The notes under the pieces are model-generated. The model was given only the letters and a program-made list of their open reading frames with translations, was not told the origin of the DNA and searched no databases. Below, one piece after another: positions 47,384 through 60,045 of a stretch of 64,000 nt of DNA (its first letter is position 1; every line of letters starts with the position of its first letter). Source of the stretch: Octopus vulgaris (Eukaryota); assembly GCA_951406725.2 (NCBI GenBank), contig OX597830.1:28210001-28274000 (forward strand), given 5' to 3'. A program made the position numbers and the translations under genes.

Positions 47384-47995
47384 CCGGCGAGCTGGCAGAA
47401 ACGTTAGCACGCCAGGAGAAATGCTTTGCAGTATTTCGTCTGTCGCTACATTCTGCGTTCAAATTTCGCCGAGGTCGACTTTACTTTTCATCTTTTCGAG
47501 GTCGATTGAATAAGTACCAGTTACGCACTGGGGTCGATATAATCGACTTAATCCGTTTGTCAGTCCTTGTTTGTCCTCTCTGTGTTTAGCCCCTTGTGGG
47601 TAGTAATGAAATAGGTATTTCGTCTGCCGCTACGTTCTGAGTTCAAAATCCGCCGAGGTCGACTTTGCCTTTCATCCTTTCAGGGTCGATTAAATAAGTA
47701 CCAGTTACGCATTGGATTCGATGTAATTGACTTAATCCGTTTGTCTGTCCTTGTTTGTCCCCTCTATGATTAGCTCCTTGTGGGCAATAAAGAAATAAGA
47801 TACGTCAGCACGCTTGGCAAAAAGTTTACCGGCATTTCGTCTGTCTTTACGTTCTGAGTTCAAATTCCACCGAGGTTCGCTTTGCCTGTCCTTCTTTCGG
47901 GGAATATAAACTAAGTATTTGTTTAGTAATGGAGTCGATGCAATCGACTTACCACTTCGCTTTAATTGCTGTTCTTGTGTTGAAATTTAGAACAA
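47384..47995 (+). mobile_element. SINE family A, trimeric array
   Basis: Head GGCGAGCTGGCAGAAACGTTAGCACGCC, then three repeats of ATTTCGTCTG...GTTCAAA.TCC.CCGAGGT. Confidence 0.88.
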
Positions 47996-48471
47996 ATATT
48001 AAAGTTCATATAACACTAAATCTACACGATTTAGTGTTATATACAGTCACCCAAAAATACTTAACTTTGAACTTGTGTTAAAAACGATTTCGCCATATCC
48101 CTCGACCGTGTGGTCGTTGCACCATTCGTTGATAATTTCACAACCAGTTTTGTCACGTCTCTCGATCTTCTGCTGCTCTCTGTGAATCGGCGAAATTGAA
48201 GCCTATCCTCTCTTTGATGTTATAAGCCCATATATTCCTTATTCTGCCTTGCTTTCACCCAACTCCCCCTGAACATTTGAGGATTGTCTTTTCTAGGCCT
48301 GAGCTTCTTGTGATATGGCCACTACATTTCGGCTTCCTGAACTTTACAATTGTCTACTGATACTTGTGTGGTTCAATAGCGTGGGTTATTCTCATCCTTA
48401 CTTCGTTATTCGTCACGTATCCTTTGAACGAGAAAAATTATTGGCAATAATTAATACCATGTCAGTGGATA

Positions 48472-48859
48472 TCTTTATATATAAAAGTGAAGTTGTGTGT
48501 CTGTCTCCTACGATTTAGATTCCTAACTACTCCCACATTTTGCGGTGCAGTTTAACCAAAACCGGGTATCTTATAGTCGTGATTCATATCGAGCCCTTCT
48601 GGGTATTAGCGCGCGTCTACGATGAGTCTACGATTTAAAAAGAAATTTACCATAATTTTTTTCCATTTTAATGCATTTTTTCGCTATTATATAAGGGAAG
48701 TAACTCTCTAAAAGTGTCTACGATGAGTCAACGATTTAAAAAAAACTTTACCATAATTTTTTCCCCATTTTTTTGCTATTTTTTTTACTATAACTCTCTA
48801 AAAATGCTTATATAGTTATTTCCCCTACAAACCCGAGCAACGCCGGGCGATACTGCTAG
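48472..48859 (+). mobile_element. Non-autonomous Helitron (family 1)
   Basis: A|TCTTTATATATAAAAG ... CCCGAGCAACGCCGGGCGATACTGCTAG|T. Confidence 0.92.
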
Positions 48860-48899
48860 TGTAGAATAAGTAAAGAATCGCATAGTGCATTATGTTCCG

Positions 48900-50520
48900 T
48901 TTCTGCTACGTCAAAATTCAAATCTCAACAGGGATTTGAAAATAGACAGAATATAAAAAAAAAGCTTTACCTTTTATAATCCTAGGTCGATGGAAAAGTA
49001 TCAATCAAGTATGAAATTTAAGTAGTTACCGAACGAATGGCTTTGTGCATATGTTAGAAATTCTTGTATGTTATAATCTGCTGGTAATGACCGGTTTTCC
49101 AGTGTTTCTCCGTAAATAATGCTAACTATGATGCAAAAGAAATTACAAAATCTTTATCATTAACAAAACATGTTCGAGCGTTATATTTTAATCAGAATTA
49201 TAAATGGGACGGATTTGAAGACAATCGAAGTGAAACAATGTAAGATTGATCTAAATATTTATGCCTGATCATTGAAATAAGTACATTTGTAAAACATGAA
49301 ATTTCCTCTTGGCTTGCAAATTATTATTATTATTATTTGAAGGAAGGAGGCGGACTGGAAGAACCATGAGAACCATGGACAAAATGCTTAACAGTTTTTA
49401 TTTTAAGGCGATGAATTGGGGGAATCATTAGCGTGTCAACCAAAATGGATAAAGACATTTCTACCGACTCTTTATATTCTGATTACAAATTCCGCCGAGG
49501 TAGGCTTTCCATTTTTTCCTTTCAAGGGCCTGAAATACATAACTGTTTAACAGATTTTTAAAGAACTATTTATTAACAAAATGGTACTGATGTGGTGAGT
49601 TGTCAAAACCCGTAAAGCGTCTAGAAATAATTTGTAATATTTATTTCCGCTCTTTTCCGTTCTGAGCGCAAATTCAGCTGCTGTCGACTTTACCTTCTAT
49701 TCTTTCTATTGCAAAGTATCAGTTGAGTACTTTGATCGACAGAATTGACTAACCGCTGTCATATCTCAAATGACCTGTCTTTTTGCCTAAATCAGAATCC
49801 ATTATGACTGAAGTACAGCGATTATTAGTTTGAGTTCATATATTAACAGCTTCCATTTTGACTTAAGTCACAGTTTTCTACTTGAATAGTTCTTCCTATC
49901 TTACTAATGGACACAACTTCAGCAATTTCGACGGAAGTAGATTAGTCGATTCAACCGACACCTTTAGCTGATTGGTACTTTATCGAAAGGATATAAAGCA
50001 AACATAATCTGGTGGGATTTGAAAGTAAAGTATAGGAGGGAGCAAGAAATATAGCCCACCACATTTTGCCAATGTTTTAATGGTACTCCCATCTCACGCA
50101 TCTTAACAATTCTGGTGCGGTACTTTGCGTGAGATTGGAACTGTTAAGGTAATGTATTATTCAGCCTCGACTGGTACAATTCCTCCAACGTAAGCTTCAA
50201 ATTTGCTCTTAACTATTATCATGTTGAAGGCGGCAAACCGGCAGAATGGTTACAACGGCGGACAAAATGCTTAGATGCATTTCATCCGTCTTTACGTTCT
50301 GAGTTCAAATTCTACCTAGGGTTATTTTGTCCTTCATTCTTTCGAAGTTGATAAAATAAGTACCATTATTTACATTTGACGGATATTTGTCCTCATCTTC
50401 TTTGTTATTAACACCATCTTTCGGCTGATATACCATCCAGCCTTCATCAGTTGGGTCAGGGAAATCGATTTAGCCCCTTCCCACGAAATTACTGGCCTTG
50501 TGTCAAGATTTGAAGCCAAT
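48900..50520. mobile_element. Cluster of old family A SINE copies in both orientations; the last (50227-50520) is interrupted by a PLE-like fragment
   Basis: Repeated degenerate B-box/core motifs (CAAATTCCGCCGAGG, GTCGACTTTACCTT). Confidence 0.65.
50366..50450 (-). mobile_element. PLE-like terminal-repeat fragment with partial HHR, inserted in a SINE
   Basis: Minus strand CTGATGA-A-GGCTG-N10-CAGCC-GAAA; stems I and III degraded. Confidence 0.6.
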
Positions 50521-50667
50521 AATTACGATATTTATTATTGGAATCCATTTACAAATTCCTGTACCAATTTAGTAAGTAACATCTACGTGGTCTTTCATGA
50601 ACTCATATGGATGGACTGAAAACGTAGGCTTCTACCGAAATACTCAATGATATTGAGTTTTGTAACA

Positions 50668-50828
50668 ATTTTGACAGCAAGTCTAATGAAATCAGCGATA
50701 TAGTTTGACTGGATGTCGAACGAAAGCATGGCGTAACGTTTTGACGGCAAGTCTAATGAAAGTATGACATAACATTTTGACAGCATGTCTAATGAAAACA
50801 TGACGTCACAATATGTCTACTGAAAACA
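50668..50828. repeat. Degenerate ~36-bp minisatellite, ~4.5 copies
   Basis: Approximate unit TTTTGACAGCAAGTCTAATGAAAGCATGACGTAACA. Confidence 0.75.
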
Positions 50829-51686
50829 GGTCAATATCCGGTTGCTCTAAGTTGTTTTACTGAATGCCAGACCATCCCTAAAAGCTGAGGCCTATAATCA
50901 GAGGCATTTAAACTTTGACATCTTAGATTACTTTTCTTCTAGGCACAATGTATTTAAAACTACATTATCCAATATACATTTTTTTCACTTTTTAGTAGTC
51001 TATGGTGTGATATGTAGAAAATTTGGCTGCTATTTCTAATATGTCGTTTAACTTCAAAAGAAATTCCCTTGTTGGCTAGTTTCATTTGTGTAATGTAAAT
51101 GTCATGTTTTTACATTTTGTGATATTTTTTTACATTGTCTTCTTCTCCCCCAACCTCATACACACACATTTCTTTCCATCAAGTTATTTTCTCACATTTG
51201 TTTTCAAGAACAGATGGGAAAATCATGAACATTTTTTGACTGCTAAAAAGAAAGAAGAAGCAACAAATGAAAGAGGTTTTAAACTGCATTTTCTAGCCGT
51301 TGCCAATTTTCTGTCATCACGTTGGTGTAACGGTTCTCATCTCAAATGATATTTGATTCCCAAGATCCAGTATCGAAACGAAATAAAGAGAAACAAAAAA
51401 GTAAAAGCAAAAAAAAAAAAAACAACCAAAAAAAAACAAAAAACAAAACAATAAATAGCAAAAAAAAAAAGAAGAAACGAACTTGTTTATGTTCTCGAAC
51501 GTTCGATTAACTTCTGTAGCATGTCATTATTTATTACTCACACAGCCATAAGTATTTCTAGTTAGTCTGTCCTACAACACTTTAGTGCTTAGCATTCAAA
51601 GAAAACAAGAGGAAAGAAACAATGCACAAAATAACAACAACAACAAAAACAACAACAACTACAATAATGATAATAATAACAATAAC

Positions 51687-51738
<52 letters not shown>

Positions 51739-52123
51739 GTAATAATAATAAAAATAATAATAATAATATCAATGATCAACCAAAGAACTTCATCTTACCC
51801 TTTTATCTTTAAATCTTGTTTGCAAATACGTTTTGCAACTGTCTAATTCGGACAGAGACATTTATTGTTTGCGTTCTAATCACAGACAGACAGACTTATT
51901 GTTTTCGTTATTGTCAAGTTAGAGAATCTGGTAAATTGACTATTGAATCGGTTTGGCTGCACAAAGTGCATAAGTGCGTTAGTATATTTCTATAGTATGT
52001 CTTTATGTACGTATGTTATGTCGCTATGAGTATATTTCAATATAGGCATTGTCTATATACATATATAGGTACATACATACATACACATACATACATACAT
52101 ACATACATACATACATACATACA

Positions 52124-52157
<34 letters not shown>

Positions 52158-52300
52158 CATACATACATACATATATATATGCACGCTCTCACACACACAT
52201 ATATATATATATTTACATGTACATATGTATGTATATTTATATATATATATATATATATTTATGTATATCCATATATATATATATGTGTGTGTGTGTGTGT

Positions 52301-52339
<39 letters not shown>

Positions 52340-52468
52340 TACAGGTATATACATGAACATATGTATATGCATATAAATATATATATACATGTATATATAT
52401 ATATGTACATATATGTGCATTCATATATATATATATATATTTTGTATATACATGTATGTACATATTTA

Positions 52469-52525
<57 letters not shown>

Positions 52526-52681
52526 AGGTGTCCACGTGCGAGCGTGCATAGTTGTATTCGTTCGTATGTGTGCGCGCAATTGTGGCAGAGAATTAGCGGA
52601 GGGGGTGAGAGTGAGAGAGTGTCATACAGGCCCAAACTGAGACAGCAAGAAATCAGCTAGAGAGAGGGAGAGAGAGAGATG

Positions 52682-52754
<73 letters not shown>

Positions 52755-53469
52755 AAATTGATTGATAGATAGATAACAAAGATGGATAGGAATGTGTCTA
52801 TATTCAGTCGCTGAATTTCAACTTGTAAAAGCCTCGCTAGATTTAATCGTTTATACAAGAAAACAACACGGAAAGTTCTCAATGTTAGTTAACAAAACTT
52901 GGCAGTCCTAATGAAACATCAGCCAAGCAAGAAGATTCTAACAACTCTCCCGTATACGTTAAATTTGTCTGACTTCGTACTTCGCACAATATTTTCTGTT
53001 ACAATTAGCGATGTAAATATTGTTTTTCTTTTTTTCTTTTCTTTTTTTTTTTCCATTTACTAATATTAAGTAGCATCAATCACGTTGTTACTGAGTCTTT
53101 TTATAGAATTTGTTAGGACGAAGCGTTTCGGTAAACATACTTAGAAGACATTTCTTATGTTCTTCGCTTGATTTTGTAACTTATTTGGAAGATTTCACAA
53201 ATATATATAAATATACATACACACACACACATATACACATATGGATACGCATACATATATGTGGGTGATATATATATATATATATATAATTTAAAAATAG
53301 GATAAAATCTTTATAAGAATTTATCAAGTAGTTAGCGTGAAAATCCTCATAAGGGAAAAATTTATTAATTATTCCATTTACAATGTGTTTATTATGGTAG
53401 ATTTGACTGTAAGAGTTCCTCATAGCGTGAGCCATTTATGTATTGTAATGCCCTTAATATAAATATAAA

Positions 53470-53520
<51 letters not shown>

Positions 53521-53771
53521 ATATATATATATATATATAAACTCACTGTACTAACCAAATTACGTTTAAAGTGCCACTGCACTGGGAAGTTTCTATGAAG
53601 GTGACTATATACTTACGGAGTAATATATATTTTTTTATATATACTCTGAATCTCTCTTGTTTAACTGTGAGAAGAAACTCCTTAGAATGTTGTTGCAGTT
53701 ATACGACTTACAAAGTACATAATGAATATAAATAATACTCATCGAGATTACACATATGTGACAATATTAAT

Positions 53772-54930
53772 TTCAAATTTTTGCACAAGGCCAGAAATTT
53801 CGCGGGTAAGTTTATCGCATCAAGCCATTTATTCAACTGCTACTTATTTTATCGACACCAACAAGATAAAAGGTAAAACGGACCTCGGAGAAATGTAAAC
53901 ACACAATGCGAGGACAATCAAAATAACGCTAAGCGTTAAGAAGGTCCTGTGTGTGATTATATTGATAATTTATATTATTCCAAACAATTTTGTACTTTCT
54001 TGATCTGTTACTTTAGCAAGGATAAAATGTTAAGATCAGTGAATGAAATATTTGATTGTCGAATATATGCTTCTATATTGCGTTTTGAAGCCTTAATTAG
54101 CGAGATCCCCAACTAATAATAATTTAAAATTATGGCTCAAGGTAAACTTCTTTGCGTAAGCGCGAGGTCAATTAAAATTAATCCCAGTAATTGAGCGAAC
54201 CTTATCATATTGAACCTGCAAGGTTTTGAGCTCAACTTGTTAATAGTTAAGTAAACAAATATAACAACGTATTTTATCTGACATTCTAGCTATTTTCCTA
54301 ATCCCTAGTAATCTTTTCAAGCATTATTAACATTGGTTTCAAGGCAGGGGACTGGCAGAATCGTTTGCACGCGGGACAAAAAAATGCTTCGTTCGTCTTT
54401 ATGTTGTAAGTTCAAATTTCGTCGATGTTGACTTATGCCTTTTATCATTTCGGAGTCGATGAAATAAGTACCATTTAAGCAAAGGGGTTGATGAAATCAA
54501 CTAGTTCCCTCTCCCAAAATTTCAGGCCTTGTGCCTTTAGTAGAAAGGATTATTAATATTGGTTTCAAATTTAGGCACAAGGCCAATAGTTTCGAGCGAT
54601 GGAGAAATTCGATTACATTGACTCAAGTCCTCAACTGTTGCTTACTTTATCGCCCCCGAAAGAATAAAAGGCAAGGTCATCTTCGGTGAAAATCGAACGT
54701 AAAAATAGTGGACAAAAGGCCGCTACGCTTTATTATTATTGATTCCCTTTCGAAGGTGGCGACCTGGCAGATTCATAAGCGCGTCGGACTAAGTAATATA
54801 TGTCCTGCTCTTAAGGGCCTGTGTTCAAATTCCGTTGAAATCGATAAAATAAATACCAGACAAGTACTGTTGTCAATATAATAAACGTGTTCAGTCCCTT
54901 AAAATTGCTGGCCCTTAGCCAAAATCGGAA
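53772..54930. mobile_element. Cluster of ~5 family A SINEs in mixed orientations
   Basis: - ~53772-53935, - ~54110-54300, + 54342-54552, - 54560-54728, + 54753-54930. Confidence 0.7.
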
Positions 54931-55499
54931 ATAATATTAATTCTGTTTCGATAGTTACTCTTATTTTAAATACATGCTTGTGCGTATTCAGTTGAACTGA
55001 ACTTAGTATAATACGAATCGACTTAAATGACTTGACGTGGTCCTTTGATCTATTGGATAGAACGACTACAAATTCCCCAGATGACATATTACACTTTTAT
55101 AAAAAGTAAAGTCCCATTGGAAAATGTTGTCGTAGATACATAAAGTCTGAAAGTAAAATAGAAAACACGTGTTCGTCAGATGTGGAAGTTATTTGCTCAA
55201 ACTTCTACAGAACTTCACCTTAAAATGATCAACAAACAAACAACAACGATAGGAATAGCAAAAACAATAACATCGTCATCAGCACAGACAATGGCAACGA
55301 CAACAATACCATTTCTACCACCATCAAGAATATCGTAACAAACTAGCAGCAAACCCACCATCGCTACCACCATCGCGAAAAGCATCATTATTACTAGTAG
55401 CAACAGCATCAGCTGCAGCAAAACAAAGCAACAATAACAATAGCAGCAAGAGGACACGTGCTGCAAAAGTAACCACATACACATGCCCCACCACACACA

Positions 55500-55583
<84 letters not shown>

Positions 55584-55961
55584 TACAGACACACACACAC
55601 ACACATATAGTTGTAATTTATAGAAAAAGCAAAAGACAAAGATAGTTGTATGAACAGGTAAGTGTATTAGTTCGACGCTCGGAAAAAATGAAAAGGTCAT
55701 TTGCTTCGAGGTTACGCTCATCAACAGAAAAGAATAAGAGAAAATAAGAGACAGAATGACAAAAAAACTTGTAGATTTCAGCGCTCTACCATGACGTGTA
55801 TATATATATATATATATACGTTATTATTATTATTATTGTTTTGCAATTTACTTAATCATTGACATTTTATTGTTATTTTAATGTTAATGTTTCTATACGC
55901 AATTTTCTAGATGGTTTAATTTAATTGTTCATTTTGAATTGATAAAAGGTGTTTTTTTAAA

Positions 55962-55992
<31 letters not shown>

Positions 55993-56500
55993 CTCGTATT
56001 AGTACATATTGTGGATATAGGTAAGCTGTCAGTATCCATAGGCTCTTTCAGTATGATGCATGTAAAATCTTGTAATTAACAAAGCCTAAGTTGGGAGGGA
56101 AAAATTTATCAACAAATATGTTATAACTAGCTATTCGATAGATAGTCAGGCTTCAAATGAAGTCTTAACGTCAAGCATTTTTCAGTTCACCAGATTTAAA
56201 TTTCTCTTTGTAAATTTCTTAAAACATGTTGCAGCATTTTCTATATGAATACACTCGGTCGTTACGATTAAATGGCAGCTATTCTTAGTAGTGCTTATTT
56301 ATCGTCAGGATTTCAAGCAGTGCTTTATGGAGTTCTTGTATCACTTTAACCTTATTTTGTTGACGGCTTCCAAAATTACGACAGACACTCATTGATCGAC
56401 TATACTAAACGATGAGGTAAGTGTATTTACCTAGGTAATGATCAATGGTGAGAGAGATCCCGTTGGTTTCTAGTGAGTGCGTTTTCAAATTTATATTGAA

Positions 56501-56777
56501 CTAGCAGTATCGCCCGGCGTTGCTCGGGTTTGTAAGGGAAATAACTATATAGGCATTTTTAGAGAGTTATAGCCAAAAAATAGCAAAAAAATGCATTAAA
56601 AATGGAAACAAATTATGGTAATTTTTTTTTAAAAATCGTAGCCTCAACGTAGACGCTCGATATGAATCACGACTATAAGATACCCGGTTTTGGTTAAACT
56701 GCACCGCAAAATGTGGGAGTAGTTAGGAATCTAAATCATAGGAGACAGACACACAACCTCTCTTTTATATATAAAGA
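56501..56777 (-). mobile_element. Non-autonomous Helitron (family 1), shorter variant
   Basis: Same TC/CTAG termini and hairpin; has one rather than two internal repeat units. Confidence 0.9.
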
Positions 56778-57458
56778 TATGCATATGTAACATCTCTCAA
56801 ACATATCTTTCACCACTCATTATCAAAGCTCTGAAATAAACAATAACTGTTTATATGTTATCAACGAAAATAAGGAATAAACATCTCAGCAAAGATTGTA
56901 CAATTTGTATCAAATTAATGGCATAGCACTGAGATATATGTGGCCAAATCCCCTCGGCTAAAATCCGAAAAACTTTTGATTCAACTTGGAATATATACGT
57001 GTTTGTAAATATGTATTTCTGGTCAAAGAAGTTTTGCTAGTGCATAATGCTTTGTGAATTTTCTCAAACCAAAATAGAAGACTAGAAATACATCTTAGTC
57101 AAAAAATAACACGAAAATAAATAAATTTATAAATAAATAAGTAGGATGACAGATAATCTTGTCTGAACTGATCTTAAATTTCTTCCATTATTTTTTTATG
57201 AGAGAATCTATCAATATCGTTTTGTCTGTAAAAACTTCTAGTTGTCGTTCAGATATTTTAAGTTTTGTATATCGATACAGTAACTTTTCTGTTTAGTACA
57301 GTCAAGTTTAACCCAAAGTTGCTTGTTTTCTTGTATAGAAAATGCCATTTAAGATATATTGTGCACTAGTATAGCATATTTGGAGAATGTATTTCTGAGG
57401 TAAATTTTTGAGGTACGCGGTCTGCACGAAGAAATGTGATTATTTTAGTGTAAGAATA

Positions 57459-58250
57459 TAAGGTGCATTCTACAAAGCTGGAGACTTTTTCAGGAGAGAC
57501 TTTTATTTAATTTAAAACAAGTATATTAAGATTTAATCTCCTACAAACTAGGAACCCCACGACTCCGATGCTCTTGTTGCGCTCTATGCAGTTTGTGAAG
57601 GCCCCATGAAATTTCTCCTAACTGAACGTGTCCAGGATCCTCAATATCTTCGAAACGATTAACACTATGATTCTCCTTTAGCTTGAAGAACAACCAAAAC
57701 TGTCCTTCCCCCTCCACTGTATGGAGGGGGAAGGACAGTTTTGATTCCTATTCCTGTCAAGTAGTTTCTTGCCAGAATGGAATTGTGGACTGGTATATTG
57801 TCCTGGAGCAGGTGCCACCGATCCACGTAGAAATGCTCTGGTGTTTTGCGATGAACTCTCTTCCTGAACGCCCGTAATACCTTCACAAAATACTCTTCTT
57901 TAACTGTCTGGTCAGAGGGAAACAAGTGGATGTAAATGGTGATCTTGCTGCCAAAAAAGAGAATCATCATCAACTTCCCGGTGGATTTGCTTTGCATGAC
58001 CTTTTTCGTTCTGGGGATACAAGAATGTTCCCATTATTGGGATGCAAGGATATTTAGTATCTGAATCATAACAGTAAATCGAGCTTTTTTCACAGGTCAC
58101 CAGAGACACAAGTACTCTTGGATTGGCAGTAATGACCTCAACCATCACCCTGCTGTGACTAATGCCTATTTCATTCGGTTCCTCTCTTAGCACACTGAGA
58201 GAAACTTTGCAGAAATTTTGCGCATGTTCTCGTCTTCATGAATTATTTTA
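57459..58250 (-). pseudogene. Truncated mariner related to 20473-21600
   Basis: TA|TAAGGTGCATTC TIR; remnants MRKISAKF, VTCEKSSIYCYD, WHLLQDNIPVH, KTVLPPPYS, FWLFFKLKE. Confidence 0.85.
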
Positions 58251-58269
58251 TTGAAACTGATTAAACAAG

Positions 58270-58560
58270 TAATTTAGAGATGCATTTTATGGAGACATGA
58301 TGAAGAAATATATTCTGCATTGGTAATTCAAAAGATGAGGGACATACCAATGGACATAACATCCAAATAGAATCATAAATAGTTTCCCAAGAAACTTCAG
58401 GTAAGGAACAATATATTTGCAGTACCAGTAAGCATACCAAAATATAAGGTATATTTAGTACACTACGTACCATCAAAAACATTAACGTTATAGCTCGAAA
58501 AGTACAAACAAACAGTAGGAAAATCTCCCTATCCCCGAAATTGAAGAAAAAAAACAATAC
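58270..58560 (+). pseudogene. Possible decayed Penelope-like RT/thumb fragment
   Basis: Broken frames give KEQYICSTSKHTK (cf. QYLHF.S.HP) and IARKVQTNS (cf. LARRICTI). Confidence 0.35.
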
Positions 58561-59025
58561 AGCAGGGACTGAAAATCGATTCAAACATACTTCGAATTTC
58601 GAATAAAATTTCTTGGCCAATATTTGCTAAACGCTATAGGGGAATTTGCACTGTCCAAAGATACAGTCCCGGAGATGTACAGCTTTACTACAAGAGATAA
58701 TTACACGAAAGCTTCCTGCTTAACCCTACTCTGCTATGCATAGCTACGAAATGCTACAAGGTGACAGTAACATGGGGAACTAAATTATTCTATGTTGAAT
58801 CAAAATCAGCCTATGAGCTCCCGCTTTGAAGGACATGTTAGCGTTTAAGGTCATGAGAGTGTCTCCTTATCTAAATGTCCCGATGTAGAAAAATATAGTG
58901 CATGTCGTTCTGGCTTCTCTCGAACTCAGATATATTAGCGACACTGGATATATTAATACCAAGAGATGATAGTTATGCTCATTTAAACGTGGATGTTCTG
59001 TTATGTATATATGTATATATACATA

Positions 59026-59593
59026 TTTATATTATATTGAGGGTACTACTATTCGTAGATACCAACACAAAGATTTTATCCTCAATTGTTAATTTATATT
59101 TTTCCCCGGAATAGTTCAATACTGAATTTTTATTCCGACTAGACAATTTGTTACCGAAATGCATTGCGAATAAGCCCGCCATTTTCATAGATATGTAAAG
59201 ATAAACATTCGTACATGCTACGACGAATTCTACGGTTGGCTATCGAGCTTGTAATGTTATGTTTTCTCTTATATTTCTTGAGTTTGTTGCACTGATGAAC
59301 ATGAAATGCATATTCTGCATTAAATGCGAAATCACATGTGATATGTAACTGAATTCTTTTTTTAAAATGATGTGTTTTGAAGTTTTGCATTCGGTAAAAT
59401 TTTGTTTATTTTTAGTAGTTTTGACCGCATTGGTCCCTCTTAGCGTGTTGGTATCTACGAATAGTAGTACCCTCAATATAATATAAATGAATATTTTCAA
59501 AGAGGAAGAATTTACGGATTTTTTCTCTTACGAGGTTTTTCACGCTGACTACTGATATTTTCTTTTAAAGATTTTATCCTCAATTGTTAATAA
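59026..59593 (+). mobile_element. Retrozyme-like or non-autonomous PLE insertion: 498-nt unit, 25-nt terminal redundancy, 44-bp 5' inversion, candidate 15-bp TSD
   Basis: Direct repeat AAAGATTTTATCCTCAATTGTTAAT at 59069-59093 and 59567-59591; 59025-59068 is the reverse complement of 59445-59488; ATGTATATATACATA at 59011-59025 and 59594-59608; central HHR. Confidence 0.8.
59280..59356 (+). ncRNA. Type I hammerhead ribozyme
   Basis: Stem I GTTGCA/TGTAAC, CTGATGA at 59292-59298, stem II CAT..AATGCA-TATTC-TGCATT..ATG, GAA at 59328-59330, palindromic stem III ATCACATGTGAT, predicted AUA cleavage after 59343. Confidence 0.82.
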
Positions 59594-59828
59594 ATGTATA
59601 TATACATAGATATGTTCATATTTACGCACACACACGTACACCCATCCACACACACATATATACACACATATTTCACTTGCTATGGGTATCTCTGCCGATT
59701 CTTCGATAGAGATTTTAGCCAGCACTGATTTTGTTTCGAAGTTTTGTATCCGAAACGCCTGATGTAAGCAACAACAATGAGATCTCATCTCCCCTGTAAG
59801 TGGATTTGGTAGACAGAAAGAAGCCCCT

Positions 59829-59886
<58 letters not shown>

Positions 59887-60014
59887 AATAAGAATAACTA
59901 CCAGGTAAAATTACTACCTGATTTTGTAGCAAATTAATGCAGTTATTTCCTCCCGTGCCCCTCCGACTTTTAGTTCATGCAATTGAACAACCGCATTATT
60001 TATGGGATGACTCA

Positions 60015-60045
<31 letters not shown>

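Noticed and set aside
51295-51335. Imperfect hairpin considered as a pre-miRNA
   Set aside because: The stem is too short and no conserved miRNA was recognised.
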